Part shown: one piece after another, positions 9,401 through 18,220 of the stretch
Numbering within the stretch: the stretch's first letter is position 1
Layout: each line of letters starts with the position of its first letter
Assembly (NCBI GenBank): GCA_963730565.1
Contig: CAVSSU010000007.1
Span: 4,170 to 68,169 of the forward strand
From: an uncultured Gammaproteobacteria bacterium
GTDB lineage: Bacteria > Pseudomonadota > Gammaproteobacteria > Steroidobacterales > Steroidobacteraceae
Length of the DNA stretch: 64,000 bases
Reading direction: 5' to 3'
The notes under the pieces: generated by a model
The model's database searches: none
What the model saw: only the letters and a program-made list of their open reading frames with translations
Told to the model about the DNA's origin: nothing
Program-made: the position numbers and the translations under genes

Positions 9401-10069
9401 TTGCCGAACGCCGGCATCCCCGCGCCGGGCGCGTCTCTTTCCGGAACGGGGAATCTGGTACAACAGACCATCGGCGGCCCCTACGCGGCTACGGTCGCAG
9501 GGACCGGCAGCGATTACCGCACTCTGACGAGCTATCCGGTGTGTTACGCCGACTCGACCGGCTGCAACGCCTACGGGTGGTACATTCCGCTCGTTTCGGG
9601 AAATGCCTACACGCCGGATCCTGCCACCCCGCAGACCGGCAATGCGCAATACGCCTCTGCCCCCCTTGTCTACGAGCAGGTCATATTCAACCCATCCCTG
9701 GAGGACGGAGCCTTCGTGATCAACACCACGATTCCCCCAGCCTCTTCTGCGACCATGTGTTTCGCTGCCGGCGAGTCAGGGTGGACGATGGCGGTCAACC
9801 CGGCCACCGGCGGCGCCTTCACCAACTCGTTCTTCGGCACGCCGAGCCATAATTTCCTCAATGTCACCACCACCGACAGCAGCGGCAACACCTCCACCTC
9901 CGTGGTGAGCGGTGTGGCCCTGGGAGGCACGGGCAGCACCTCCGTCGTGGTGCAGGGAACACAGAGCTACCTCGTAACGCAGACGGTGTCGGGAACCGGC
10001 GCGTTGATGTCGATCAATCCGCCGGGCGGCTTGGTCGGCAGCCGGCTTACGTGGATCGAGAGACGCTAG
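6407..10069 (+). CDS. pilY1: PilY1-family tip adhesin paralogue (1220 aa) with lectin-like N-terminal domain and EF-hand-like Ca loop
   Basis: Signal peptide MNMKWIVPMCVMSVVGSMPMLARA. C-terminal PilY1 signatures RARTSVLGDIIDSSPTWVG, VYAGANDGMLHGF and DLDGDHISDFVYAGDLQGHVWRFD. The 5834 ORF start is spurious because it overlaps pilX out of frame. Confidence 0.85.
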   Translation: MNMKWIVPMCVMSVVGSMPMLARAQTVYTENFTGTTTQNSWYFANGACLTAGTAGTTSAASPACVGLPYYISKGDTLIGGDTGSLPDLTSGALRFTNWFGENGAILSNFTFPLTGAGAQGLQVSFTTVTYEGDSGGGGHDGADGISFFLQDTSYAPDVGAFGGSLGYTCSNTNYDGTLRPSGIPRGYDGLSGGFVGLGIDEYGNFLNQPDNTASGDLNKAGTGDYQPGRIGLRGPGNTSWTSLSTGSATSAFYPSTLTNAQKAAAVQQACSTGYAWDWTQSPAVETSVQLTDYTAIPKAFSILPTTNPIANESATVRSQAVPITYNLKVVPGAGGTALLSLAYSYNGGAFQNVITGQDITQGGTIPVPANVRFGFAGSTGGSRNIHEIMCFQATPTSVSQSSAGLNQKQTAKVQTGTQVYFAYYNPATLAGSLTSQYLVGDTTNPNDLFISSTVNWDGSCVLTGPSGGTCTYPGAPSAPETNLQRVVFTWNGSAGVPFEYANLSTNWPLASLNQQALLDSGDGAAWPSPPQPYSRLDYLRGDRSNEQTPLASSSTTYQGVFRARTSVLGDIIDSSPTWVGPPNSPYPNAWADKYPPAAGGDSYPENAGQTYASFASSTGMGTRTNVVYAGANDGMLHGFRSGYFDATNTYQPASNDGYEVMAYVPGYIVNHIQNATFAPNNYSDPQYGHRFDVDAPPGTGDLFYGGSWHTWLVGGLGPGGKTIYALDVTNPGLAGGDNFAESGSPPQSTPANTVVGEWSSQKFTVTTGTGTTTTAVNTLTCTNTSQLNATNCYNNLGDTYGVPQIRRFHNGMWGAVFGNGQGSASGDAGIYVMLVDPTAGPGNITFLYLSTGSGSAASPNGIDYTTPADLDGDHISDFVYAGDLQGHVWRFDLTSNNTANWGVTNAAGVSINAPSPGGGTSTPIFTTQGGQPITTKLVVASVAGALNPRVLIEFGTGMQTPMSNFSPATFSTTPQALYGIWDWNLGAWNANSAVQYTSLPNAGIPAPGASLSGTGNLVQQTIGGPYAATVAGTGSDYRTLTSYPVCYADSTGCNAYGWYIPLVSGNAYTPDPATPQTGNAQYASAPLVYEQVIFNPSLEDGAFVINTTIPPASSATMCFAAGESGWTMAVNPATGGAFTNSFFGTPSHNFLNVTTTDSSGNTSTSVVSGVALGGTGSTSVVVQGTQSYLVTQTVSGTGALMSINPPGGLVGSRLTWIERR

Positions 10070-10093
10070 CGGTCACGCCACAGGATATTCACC

Positions 10094-10609
10094 ATGACCA
10101 GAACCCTTTCGCCCCCATGCAGACGCGACTCGCGTGTGGCCCGCCAGTCGCGCGGTTTCACTCTCATGGAACTCATGATCACGGTGGCGATCGCGGCCAT
10201 CCTCGCCTCGATCGCCATCCCTGCCTACAACAGCTACATACTGAAGTCGCATCGCACGGAAGCGAAGACCGCGTTGCTGGACATGGCGAGCATGGAGGAG
10301 CGCTTTTTCACCACGACGAACAGTTACAGCACGGCAACCACAGATTTGGGTTATTCGGGGAACTGGCCGGTCATTGTCGGCAGCGGGTATTACGAGATTC
10401 AAGATCCAACGCCCACCGTGACTCAGGCAATCGCTCCGACGGTGCAAAACCCGGCCGGCACACCTGCATCGTTCACGCTCACGGCGGTGCCGGTCCCTGG
10501 AAATATGCAGGTGCAGGACTTGGCGTGCCAGGTGTTCACCGTCAGTTCTACCGGAACCAAAGCGGCGACTGGAAACGATCCGAACCCGAGCGTCGACTGC
10601 TGGAACTGA
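10094..10609 (+). CDS. pilE: type IVa pilin, PilE-like (second copy)
   Basis: Motif RG|[27 protein letters not shown] and a C-terminal Cys pair (LACQVF...SVDCW). An alternative GTG start at 10136 would give a typical 7-aa leader. Confidence 0.85.
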   Translation: MTRTLSPPCRRDSRVARQSRGFTLMELMITVAIAAILASIAIPAYNSYILKSHRTEAKTALLDMASMEERFFTTTNSYSTATTDLGYSGNWPVIVGSGYYEIQDPTPTVTQAIAPTVQNPAGTPASFTLTAVPVPGNMQVQDLACQVFTVSSTGTKAATGNDPNPSVDCWN

Positions 10610-10647
10610 GCTCCTGCACAGCGGCAGCAAACGAAGGGCCTCAACGG

Positions 10648-11580
10648 CTAGTTGATGCTATACCCCCGCCCCTGGATGCACGCCCCCAGCGCCCGCTGGT
10701 AGTCCGGACCGTTGGTCCCGAGTCCCACCTGATCCGAGGCCCATTTCTCGCAGTCGAGCTTGTCGGTGCGCTGCTGCTCATCGTTCTGGCCGTTCTTCGG
10801 ATACATGAACATCCGAGGCGCCTCGGCCTGCGCGATCGGCTGGTTCAGCGGTGCGCCCGAAGCGTTGGGGTCACCCTGGTATTGCGCGTCTCCCGGGTAC
10901 TGAGTGCCCCCTGGGTATTGACCGTCGGCGGGCGGGACCGCTGCAGTGGGTCCCGCGCCGCTCGAATCCGCTACGGGCGGAGGATCCGTGGCCACATAGC
11001 CGCTGTAGTCGGGGCTCCAGGTGTAGTACACGTTATTGGCGTAGTAATACGGAATCCCGCTGTACCAGTAGGTCGCGTAGGCGAGCGGTAACGCGGCTAG
11101 GAACCACGAATAGCCCGGGCCGTAATAGGCGCGCGGCCAGAAGCCACCCCGCCAATAGCCCCCGCGCCAGTAGGCGCCGGTCGAATAGCCGTGATAGCCG
11201 CCGTAGCCACCGTGGTAGTACCCGCCGGCATAGCCACGTCCGCCATAGGCCGCACCGCGATAAGCCCCGCCATAACCACGGGGAGCCCCTCCCGCATACC
11301 CATGCGAGACTCCGCCATAAGCCCTAGCGCCGCCTCCATAGGCACGGGCCCCGCCCCCGGCGTAATGACTGGCCGCCGCAAAATGCGCCCCGCCGCCACC
11401 GCCGCTGAAATGCGGCGCCGCAGCGGCATGGCCGCCACCGCCGTGGCCTCCACCCCCCGCGTGGCCTCCGCCACCGCCGTGGCCACCTCCGCCGCCACCC
11501 GGATGAGCTTGAGCAACCATCGGCCCAGCCGTCATCAGGGCTGCGAGGATTCCGACCGCAAGACCCGCACTTTTACTCAT
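10648..11580 (-). CDS. secreted Gly/His/Tyr-rich low-complexity protein with conserved Cys-containing C-terminal module
   Basis: Signal peptide MSKSAGLAVGILAALMTAGPMVAQA, then (H-G4-6)n repeats and GY/GYW-rich repeats. The C-terminus is YPKNGQNDEQQRTDKLDCEKWASDQ...YQRALGACIQGRGYSIN. No enzymatic motif. Confidence 0.6.
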   Translation of the reverse strand: MSKSAGLAVGILAALMTAGPMVAQAHPGGGGGGHGGGGGHAGGGGHGGGGHAAAAPHFSGGGGGAHFAAASHYAGGGARAYGGGARAYGGVSHGYAGGAPRGYGGAYRGAAYGGRGYAGGYYHGGYGGYHGYSTGAYWRGGYWRGGFWPRAYYGPGYSWFLAALPLAYATYWYSGIPYYYANNVYYTWSPDYSGYVATDPPPVADSSGAGPTAAVPPADGQYPGGTQYPGDAQYQGDPNASGAPLNQPIAQAEAPRMFMYPKNGQNDEQQRTDKLDCEKWASDQVGLGTNGPDYQRALGACIQGRGYSIN

Positions 11581-11729
11581 GACTGCTCTCCGCGGCCGGG
11601 TCGGCGCACTGCGTACGCCCGGCCAAATCCGAAACCCCAGGCTCCCTTAGGATACCAACGCGGGTCTACGGTTTGGGTGCACCCCGCGGAGGTGAATGTC
11701 CGGTAATGCTGTAGGACTTGCTGTCGGGC

Positions 11730-13856
11730 TCAGTCCACGCGCCATTTGGCACTCAACATAAGGTACGCCGTTCGTCCGGGCGCCGGCTCGAAAAACCGGG
11801 AATTGCTCTCGTTGACGATGACCGAGCCCACGTAGGCCCGGTTGGTGAGGTTATCCAGGCGCACAAACTCGCTCAGCTGCCAACGCGAGGTCTGCTGATC
11901 GAAGCCCGCGTGAAAATTGGTTTCCCAGTAGCCGGGCGCGGCGGCTGTATTGCGGTCATCGGCATATATCTTGGCGCGCGCCTGCTCCTCGAGCGTGGCC
12001 GAGAAACCGAGCGGCGCGTAGCGCCAGCTGAGTCCGGCATAGAGCGCGTTGCGGGCCACCGCCGGCAAGTAGCGGCCGGCCGCGACGGTCGCCGGCAGAC
12101 AGGGCGTTCCGACGCAGGTCTGGTACGCCTGGCCGATCACGGCGCGAATGAAGGTGTAGGCCAACCGGCCGGAAAAGCCGCCGGCCCAGTCCGCGTCGAC
12201 CGAAGCCTCGGCGCCGTGCCGCGACGTTTCGCCGATGTTCTGCTCGACGGAGCGTCCATTGAAGTTCTGCAGCACCGCGAGCTCGTCGTGAGTGTCGATG
12301 TAAAACGCGGCGAGATCCGCCCGCACCGCACCCCTGCCGGCCTTTACGCCCACCTCGTAGTTGTCGCTGCGAGCGGGCTGCAATCCGATGTTGAGTCCCG
12401 GCAGGCTCCCGTTGGTGGAACGGTAGGCGAGGTCGTTCAAGGTCGGCGTCTCGAAGCCCTTGCCGAACGATGCGTAAAGATTCACGTCGGGGGTTGTATG
12501 AAACACGGCTCCCGCCACCGGGCTCACCGCCGTATAGCGTACGCTCGAATGCGGATCGTCCGTGAGTGGGACGTGCTGGTTCGAGCCCACCTCGACGACG
12601 TTGTTGCGAACGCCCGCCGTCACGCGCCACCATGCATCGGGATCCCATTGCGCTTGCAGGTATTCGTCGAGATCGTAGACATGATTCGCCTCGTCGAGCC
12701 GCACCGGGCCTTCCACCCCGAGTTCGTCGCCGACGTAGTTCAAGAGCCCGAGCCGCGATTCCTCCAGGTCGTCGTATGCGAATCCCCCGACCAGCTGAAG
12801 CGCGGTACCCGCAATCGTGCGCTCATCAGTGAGGTGCGTGTCGATGCCGTAGAACGCGCGGTTCAAATCGATCACGCCGCCGGGATAGAGCGGCTCCTTT
12901 TCCTGCGTCGCCTGCGGTATGGACTGAAATTGGGTGGTCGCGCGATGGCCCGCGTAGATCGTGGTCGACAGCGCATCCTCGGAGCTCAACTTGTTGTCGT
13001 AAATCGCGCCGATCTGCTCCTGATCGAGCGACTTGCGGGTGTCGTAGAGAATCGCCGCGGGGCTGGCCTGGCTCGAGTTCGCCTTAAGCTGCGCCTCGGT
13101 GAGCCCCATCGGATCCTGCACGAACGGTGTCTCGATCACGTTGGCCACGAGCGTCAGAGTTTCCGTTTCGCTGAAGGCGAACCTGACCTTCGAATTGAAG
13201 TTGTCGCGCTCCGCCTTGCTGTGGAAGCGGTAGCCGTCGGTCTGGAAATGCACGGCATCGATGACGTAGTTCAACGCACCGTCGTCGCCCGTGGTCTCGA
13301 GGGCGTAGCGCTGGGTGTTGAACGTGCCGTATTGCACGGTGCCGTCGAGGTAATGGCCCGGCGGTGCATCCTCGGTGAAGATCGAAATGACGCCGCCGGA
13401 GGAATTGCCGTAAAGCGCGGAAAAAGGCCCGCGCAGCACCTCGATCCGGTCGGCGGACCCCAGATCGAACTGCGAGAACTGGCCCTGGCCGTCGGGCATG
13501 GTGCCGGGAATGCCGTCCGAATAGAGGCGCACGCCGCGCACGCCGAAGCTCGACCTCGCGCCGAAGCCGCGCACCGACAACTGCAGATCCTGGGCGTAAT
13601 TCTGCCGGCTCTCCGCCGAGACGCCGGGGACGGTCATCAATGACTCGGAGAGGTTCTCCTGAAGCTGCCCGTTGCGGATCTCCGCCTGACTCACGCTGTC
13701 GACGGACGCCGGAATGCCGAAGCTCGATTCCGCCACGCGCGTCGCGATCACCACGACGGGCGACAGATCGGTCTCATCCTGCGCTACGGCCCCTTGATTC
13801 AATCCGCACAGCGCGATGATGGCTGCGGCGGGCGAAATACCCTTCGTTATTGTCAT
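11730..13856 (-). CDS. TonB-dependent outer-membrane receptor
   Basis: 708 aa with a signal peptide and a TonB-box-like DLSPVVVIATR. Plug motifs are present (NLSESLMTVPGVS, LSVRGFG, GVRLYSDGIP, IEVLRGPFSALYGNSSGGVI), followed by a long beta-barrel region. Confidence 0.85.
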   Translation of the reverse strand: MTITKGISPAAAIIALCGLNQGAVAQDETDLSPVVVIATRVAESSFGIPASVDSVSQAEIRNGQLQENLSESLMTVPGVSAESRQNYAQDLQLSVRGFGARSSFGVRGVRLYSDGIPGTMPDGQGQFSQFDLGSADRIEVLRGPFSALYGNSSGGVISIFTEDAPPGHYLDGTVQYGTFNTQRYALETTGDDGALNYVIDAVHFQTDGYRFHSKAERDNFNSKVRFAFSETETLTLVANVIETPFVQDPMGLTEAQLKANSSQASPAAILYDTRKSLDQEQIGAIYDNKLSSEDALSTTIYAGHRATTQFQSIPQATQEKEPLYPGGVIDLNRAFYGIDTHLTDERTIAGTALQLVGGFAYDDLEESRLGLLNYVGDELGVEGPVRLDEANHVYDLDEYLQAQWDPDAWWRVTAGVRNNVVEVGSNQHVPLTDDPHSSVRYTAVSPVAGAVFHTTPDVNLYASFGKGFETPTLNDLAYRSTNGSLPGLNIGLQPARSDNYEVGVKAGRGAVRADLAAFYIDTHDELAVLQNFNGRSVEQNIGETSRHGAEASVDADWAGGFSGRLAYTFIRAVIGQAYQTCVGTPCLPATVAAGRYLPAVARNALYAGLSWRYAPLGFSATLEEQARAKIYADDRNTAAAPGYWETNFHAGFDQQTSRWQLSEFVRLDNLTNRAYVGSVIVNESNSRFFEPAPGRTAYLMLSAKWRVD

Positions 13857-14022
13857 TACGGTCTTCGTCCGGACATCCTGTGCTGATCGGGGCGCACGCG
13901 CCCCAGGCTTTGGAAATTATGTCATGTCAGCGATACTCGACGCGCATTGCAGGAAGATTCCTACACGCGTTCGGGGCCCGCACCGGCTCAAGTCTCGGGC
14001 CCGCAAGCCGTTACTCTAGAGC

Positions 14023-14583
14023 ATGAGAATCCCGTGGCAACGAGCATGGCGAAGCCCTCTTCCTTTGCCCGCACGGCCCAAAGCCGCCGCTGTGGTCATC
14101 TTGGGTGTTTCCGCCTCCATCGTCTCGGCCGGTACGTCCAACACCAACTTCAGCGTCACCGCAACCGTGCTCGACCGATGCACGGTCAGCAGCAGCGGCC
14201 TCGCGTTCGGCGGCTACGACCCGACCAACGCGGCCCCGATGCGCGCGCAGGGGACGATCGCCGCCAAGTGCACGAAAGGCGATGCCGTCTCGGTCGCGCT
14301 CAATCAAGGCGCCAATCCCGCGCCGGGATCGACTCCCATGGCACCCATCCGTCGCATGACCGACGGCGCCTCTCACTACCTACCGTACCACATCTTCATC
14401 GCTGCCCCGCCCAACCGGGCGGAGTGGGGTTCGGGAGCTGCGGGGAAAAACGAGCCGCCTGCGCAGATCGCCGCCGGCGTGAGCGCGCCGCTCGTCTTCA
14501 CCACTTATGGCGCGCTGTCGGCCGGTACGAACGTGCCGGCCGGCGAGTATACAGACATCGTCATCGCGATCGTCACGTTCTGA
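14023..14583 (+). CDS. SCPU (spore coat protein U)/Csu-type fimbrial subunit, convergent to the usher operon
   Basis: Roughly 50% identical by eye to the 18221-18742 subunit. Shared motifs are AKCTKGD.VSVALNQGANP and YTD.VIA.VTF at the C-terminus. Confidence 0.8.
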   Translation: MRIPWQRAWRSPLPLPARPKAAAVVILGVSASIVSAGTSNTNFSVTATVLDRCTVSSSGLAFGGYDPTNAAPMRAQGTIAAKCTKGDAVSVALNQGANPAPGSTPMAPIRRMTDGASHYLPYHIFIAAPPNRAEWGSGAAGKNEPPAQIAAGVSAPLVFTTYGALSAGTNVPAGEYTDIVIAIVTF

Positions 14584-14595
14584 ATCGTCACCGTT

Positions 14596-15105
14596 CTAAT
14601 ACGTGATCGTGGCGATGATCGTGTCCGTGTAAAGGCCGGCGCTCACGTCTTGCTGGGCGGGCAGCAAGCCATACATCGGCGCAACGTATTGGGTCCCGCT
14701 CTGTCCGCCGCCGCCCGCGCAGGCAACCGTGCCGCCAGCGTAACAAAGATAGTAATAATAGGTGCCGTTGACCCCATTTCCGGTCCCGCCTCCGAAGATC
14801 TCGGTGTCCGCGGCATTGACGTAAATATTGTAGTTCAGCGATTGAGTGCCGAAGTTGAGCGTTCGATTGGTGTAGCTGCCGCTGTTGCCGGTGCTGATCG
14901 ACAGGGTCGCCGTGAACCCCGTTCCTGTGTAGGTGCACGTAAAGCCGATGCTGCCATTGGCGGTCAGGGCAGTCCCGGACGTGGGCGCGTAGTTGCCGAA
15001 AGCGAGGCCGTTGGTGGACATCGTGCAGGTCGGCGCGCCGGCATGCGCCGCCGTCGAGCCGATCATCACGAGCAGCCAGGGCCATGCAACATGCCAGCGC
15101 TTCAT
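14596..15105 (-). CDS. SCPU-domain fimbrial subunit (last gene of the usher operon)
   Basis: Signal peptide MKRWHVAWPWLLVMIGSTAAHA and SCPU-like C-terminus GLYTDTIIATITY. The ATG overlaps the usher stop (ATGA at 15102-15105). Confidence 0.75.
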   Translation of the reverse strand: MKRWHVAWPWLLVMIGSTAAHAGAPTCTMSTNGLAFGNYAPTSGTALTANGSIGFTCTYTGTGFTATLSISTGNSGSYTNRTLNFGTQSLNYNIYVNAADTEIFGGGTGNGVNGTYYYYLCYAGGTVACAGGGGQSGTQYVAPMYGLLPAQQDVSAGLYTDTIIATITY

Positions 15106-17399
15106 CGGACGACCGCGGGTTCGATGGTGCACTCGATCGACCCCATATCGACCACCGGGGTCGAGCTTCCGGGCACATTCATGGGACAGCGCAAGTGCCC
15201 ATTCCCGGTGTCAGCGAGGAGGACGTACTTGCCGCCCGGCAGATCCGCGAAATAGAAGCTTCCGTCGAGTCCGATCAGCGTCTTGGTCGGCTGGTCTTGC
15301 ACCAGAACGGTGGCGCTTCCATAGTGCACGACCTTGCCGCCGACCCGCAGCACACCCCGCACCGCGTGCAAGGCGTGCAGCCCGAAGCGCACGATCGTTC
15401 CGCCCAAGCGCGGCACGCTGACGGTTTGATCGGTGGCATCGATCTCGTATTCGAGCGGTACGCTCGCCTGGTTGATGCCGACCTTGTTGACCTGGTAGGG
15501 CAACAGGTTGGTTACCAAGAGATCGCCGCTCGCATCGGTCTTGCCGATGGGCAGATTCTGGCTGGTCACATCCACGTTCGAGAGGCCCGGTGTCTCGATG
15601 AGCGCATAGCCGCTCTGCAGCGTGCGGCCGGCGAACACGTGCCCATCGAGCGCGGCGAGGCTTCCTGAAACCAGCAGAGTCTCGGCAGTTTGACCACTGA
15701 AGCGCTGCGCCGTGAGCTGCGCGAGCCCGTATTGGTTCTGATAGGCGAGCTGACCCAGACCGGTCGCGCCGGCGCTGCCGTCTTGCACGTTGACGTTGTA
15801 ACCCCACCCGGCGTTGCTCGGCACCGAGCGCTGCGCGAAGAAGCCATAGTTGTTGCCGCTATTTTGATCGTGCGTGCCCTCCACGCCGAAGCTGCCGCCG
15901 CCGAGGGGCATGACGAAGGTCAGCATGATCTGATTGTCATTGGGGCCGGGTTGATTGAGCTGCCGGCTGAGGCTCAGTGTGATATGTGAGCCGCCGAACA
16001 GATTGATCTCGTTGTTCAGGCCGATGTTTCGCTGGCGCATTCCATCGTCATAGACGGTGTCGCCGGCGCTCAACTGCACGCTAGCGTGTTCGTTGGGGAG
16101 CCAGGCGGCATTTGCGGACACGACGCGCCGCGTTCGATCCGCGGGCGGCAAGAGGTCATCTCCAATTCGCATATAAGCGCTCGAGTAAACTTGCGCACCG
16201 CCGCCGACACTGAAATGGCGGGTGTTGTACTGATAAGCGGCCGAAGCACCGTAGCCATCCCCAGCATCCGCGTGGCTGCCGGCCACCCCCATCGACAGAA
16301 CGCCTGCCGGCAAGCGTACGCTCATGGAGGGGCCCGTGTTCACGAGGCCGTTCTCCGCCTCGAGCCGATAACCCACGGTGATCTCATCGCTGAAACCGTA
16401 GTTATCGCGCGCGAGCAATACGGCGCGTCCGGAGATATAGCCGTTCGCAAGCGTCGAGGCACGCTCGGCGCCGATCTCGAAGGCGTAGTCGCTGAGGCCT
16501 TTCGCCAGCATTTGGCTGGCGCCGTAGAAATTTTGCTGCAGGACGGTCGTGCCGCCGAAGGGGTCCTGAACGACGACCCGCACGTTGTTGGCTCCTGCGG
16601 AGACGCCGAGACTCGCCAGGCTGAAAGGACCCGCCGGAACTTGACGCTGTCCGACGAGCACGCCGTTTTGGTAGATATCGATCGTGCCCGGCGCTTGCAG
16701 CACGCCGGTGAACACGGGCTGAGGATAGGTGATGAGGTAGGGATTGAGATCGAAGGCGCGCGCGATGCCGATGCCACCCAGCAAGGCGGAGCCGCCCAGA
16801 CCGTCGCTCGAGGATGCGGTTTGATCCCCCACCGTCCAGCGGGCGAGGCTTCCCGGTTCGTCGTACTCGAGACGGGAAAGCCCGCGCGAGAATCCGGTGG
16901 CTTCGCTCCAGTACGGGTTGTCGCGCAATAGCGCCCGGCCCATGGCAAATCCGCCGTCGAGGTACACCGAGTCGCCGCCCGCCGCGGTGCCGGCGTTCAG
17001 ACCGTAGTTGACGTATGCGCTCGGAACCGCAGCCGAGGTCGACACGCGGGGTCCCACGTTGAGATCGATGCGGTTCTTGCCGAAGGCGCTCGGCGGCAGC
17101 GTCAACAACAGCCGCCCGGTTTGGGTATTCATCTCGACCTTCACGCCGTCGGCGAGCAGGCTCACTTCGTAGAATTGTTTGGCATCAATGGTTTGTGCAG
17201 AGCTCGATCGAAGCATCACGTGAGCGCGACCCAGCGATTCTGCATCCACCAGGACGTGCTCTTGCCTCACGACCACGAACGCCGTGCCGTAGCAGCTTCC
17301 GTTGACGCATAGCTCGAGCAGCATCCGGTCCGGCTGAGCGACGAGGGGACCGGACACGAGCAGCGCCGCCGCAATCAGGGAGAGCCGGCGCCGTCGCAT
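15102..17399 (-). CDS. fimbrial outer-membrane usher (CsuD-like)
   Basis: 765 aa with a signal peptide. Size and position are right, immediately after a PapD-like chaperone and flanked by SCPU subunits. Confidence 0.8.
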   Translation of the reverse strand: MRRRRLSLIAAALLVSGPLVAQPDRMLLELCVNGSCYGTAFVVVRQEHVLVDAESLGRAHVMLRSSSAQTIDAKQFYEVSLLADGVKVEMNTQTGRLLLTLPPSAFGKNRIDLNVGPRVSTSAAVPSAYVNYGLNAGTAAGGDSVYLDGGFAMGRALLRDNPYWSEATGFSRGLSRLEYDEPGSLARWTVGDQTASSSDGLGGSALLGGIGIARAFDLNPYLITYPQPVFTGVLQAPGTIDIYQNGVLVGQRQVPAGPFSLASLGVSAGANNVRVVVQDPFGGTTVLQQNFYGASQMLAKGLSDYAFEIGAERASTLANGYISGRAVLLARDNYGFSDEITVGYRLEAENGLVNTGPSMSVRLPAGVLSMGVAGSHADAGDGYGASAAYQYNTRHFSVGGGAQVYSSAYMRIGDDLLPPADRTRRVVSANAAWLPNEHASVQLSAGDTVYDDGMRQRNIGLNNEINLFGGSHITLSLSRQLNQPGPNDNQIMLTFVMPLGGGSFGVEGTHDQNSGNNYGFFAQRSVPSNAGWGYNVNVQDGSAGATGLGQLAYQNQYGLAQLTAQRFSGQTAETLLVSGSLAALDGHVFAGRTLQSGYALIETPGLSNVDVTSQNLPIGKTDASGDLLVTNLLPYQVNKVGINQASVPLEYEIDATDQTVSVPRLGGTIVRFGLHALHAVRGVLRVGGKVVHYGSATVLVQDQPTKTLIGLDGSFYFADLPGGKYVLLADTGNGHLRCPMNVPGSSTPVVDMGSIECTIEPAVVR

Positions 17400-18151
17400 G
17401 CCTTAGTGTCTGTCGCGATGGCCTGAGTAAGCGAGGTATTCGCGAGATCCGGCCAGGTCACCGACACCGTGGCGGCGCGTTCGCACGAGCCAGCCGGCAG
17501 TTTCAAGTTCAGGTACCAGGTGCGGCCCGACAACACATAGTTTGCCGTCATGTCGCGCTGGTCGAGGACGTGTCCGCCGCCGTCGAGCAGCGCGATCTTG
17601 ATGCGTTGCGGATCGAGGCGCTGGGTACCACCGTTGCGGAGACCCATCGCGAGCACGCCGTGTTCGACGGTTGCCGTGCCGAGAGATGGAACCCGTGTGC
17701 GCCGCGTGGGTTCGAGGAACACCGGCAGGCTGACCTGCGTCAGCACGCGGATCTCCGACACGGAGCCCGGCGCAGCGTCCTGGTTCGGCAACTCATCGAG
17801 CAGCAGCCGGTAAGTGCCCTCGCCGGCACCGGGATCCGCGAGGATGCCGACCCGCAACTGGGCCGACTGGCCCGGCGCGATCTCCAGCAGCTCCGGAGTG
17901 ACGATGAGATCCCGGCTGGGCGTGAGCTGCCATTGGCCGTCGTCCGCCACGGTCCAGAGCATCGTGCGCACCTGGACGCGCAAGGGTGACTCCGCCGTGT
18001 TCTTGAGATTGATGATGTCGGTGCGATGGCGCGCATCGAGCTCCACGCGCAGCGGATTGATTGAAAAGGTGGCCGCGCGAACGGTCGGAACGAGGGCCAA
18101 TAGGAGTGCCGCCAGCGCCCAGGGACCGGCCAGATTATGGTAAATTCTCAT
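17375..18151 (-). CDS. fimbrial periplasmic chaperone (PapD/CsuC-like)
   Basis: 258 aa with a signal peptide, then FSINPLRVELD...INLKNTAESPLRVQV, typical of pilus chaperone strand A1/G1 regions. It overlaps the usher start by 25 nt. Confidence 0.8.
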   Translation of the reverse strand: MRIYHNLAGPWALAALLLALVPTVRAATFSINPLRVELDARHRTDIINLKNTAESPLRVQVRTMLWTVADDGQWQLTPSRDLIVTPELLEIAPGQSAQLRVGILADPGAGEGTYRLLLDELPNQDAAPGSVSEIRVLTQVSLPVFLEPTRRTRVPSLGTATVEHGVLAMGLRNGGTQRLDPQRIKIALLDGGGHVLDQRDMTANYVLSGRTWYLNLKLPAGSCERAATVSVTWPDLANTSLTQAIATDTKACDGAGSP

Positions 18152-18220
18152 GCCTAATCCCCCTGAAGGAGTGGCTCCTTGCCTCCTGCAAAATGAGCCA
18201 CCCCCCCGGGAGTCAGAGAA

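Noticed and set aside
5834-10069. The 1411-aa ORF start for pilY1b. The same applies to the extended starts of 24320-25474, 43604-45208, 45560-46756 and 47935-49335.
   Set aside because: The N-terminal extensions overlap the preceding gene out of frame and are Arg-rich noise. Family-typical N-termini and coupled starts (ATGA, TGATG, GTGA, TTGA) give 6407, 24521, 44258, 46109 and 48403.
11718-13643. 641-aa ORF on the plus strand. Similar long ORFs occur at 437-2413, 6365-7858, 8006-9649, 20969-22207, 22201-23616, 31580-33784, 33777-35306, 39997-41766, 49199-51208, 50692-52332 and 58130-59095.
   Set aside because: All are antisense to genes with strong family signatures. They are Arg/Gly/Ala/Pro-rich with no motifs. 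These are the typical stop-codon-poor shadow ORFs of a high-GC genome.
13857-14022. Riboswitch or Fur box in the TonB-receptor/SCPU divergent region, including the hairpin GGGGCGCACGCGCCCC at 13889-13904.
   Set aside because: There is no B12-box or other riboswitch core. No convincing 19-bp Fur-box match is seen by eye. The hairpin loop is too short to be informative.
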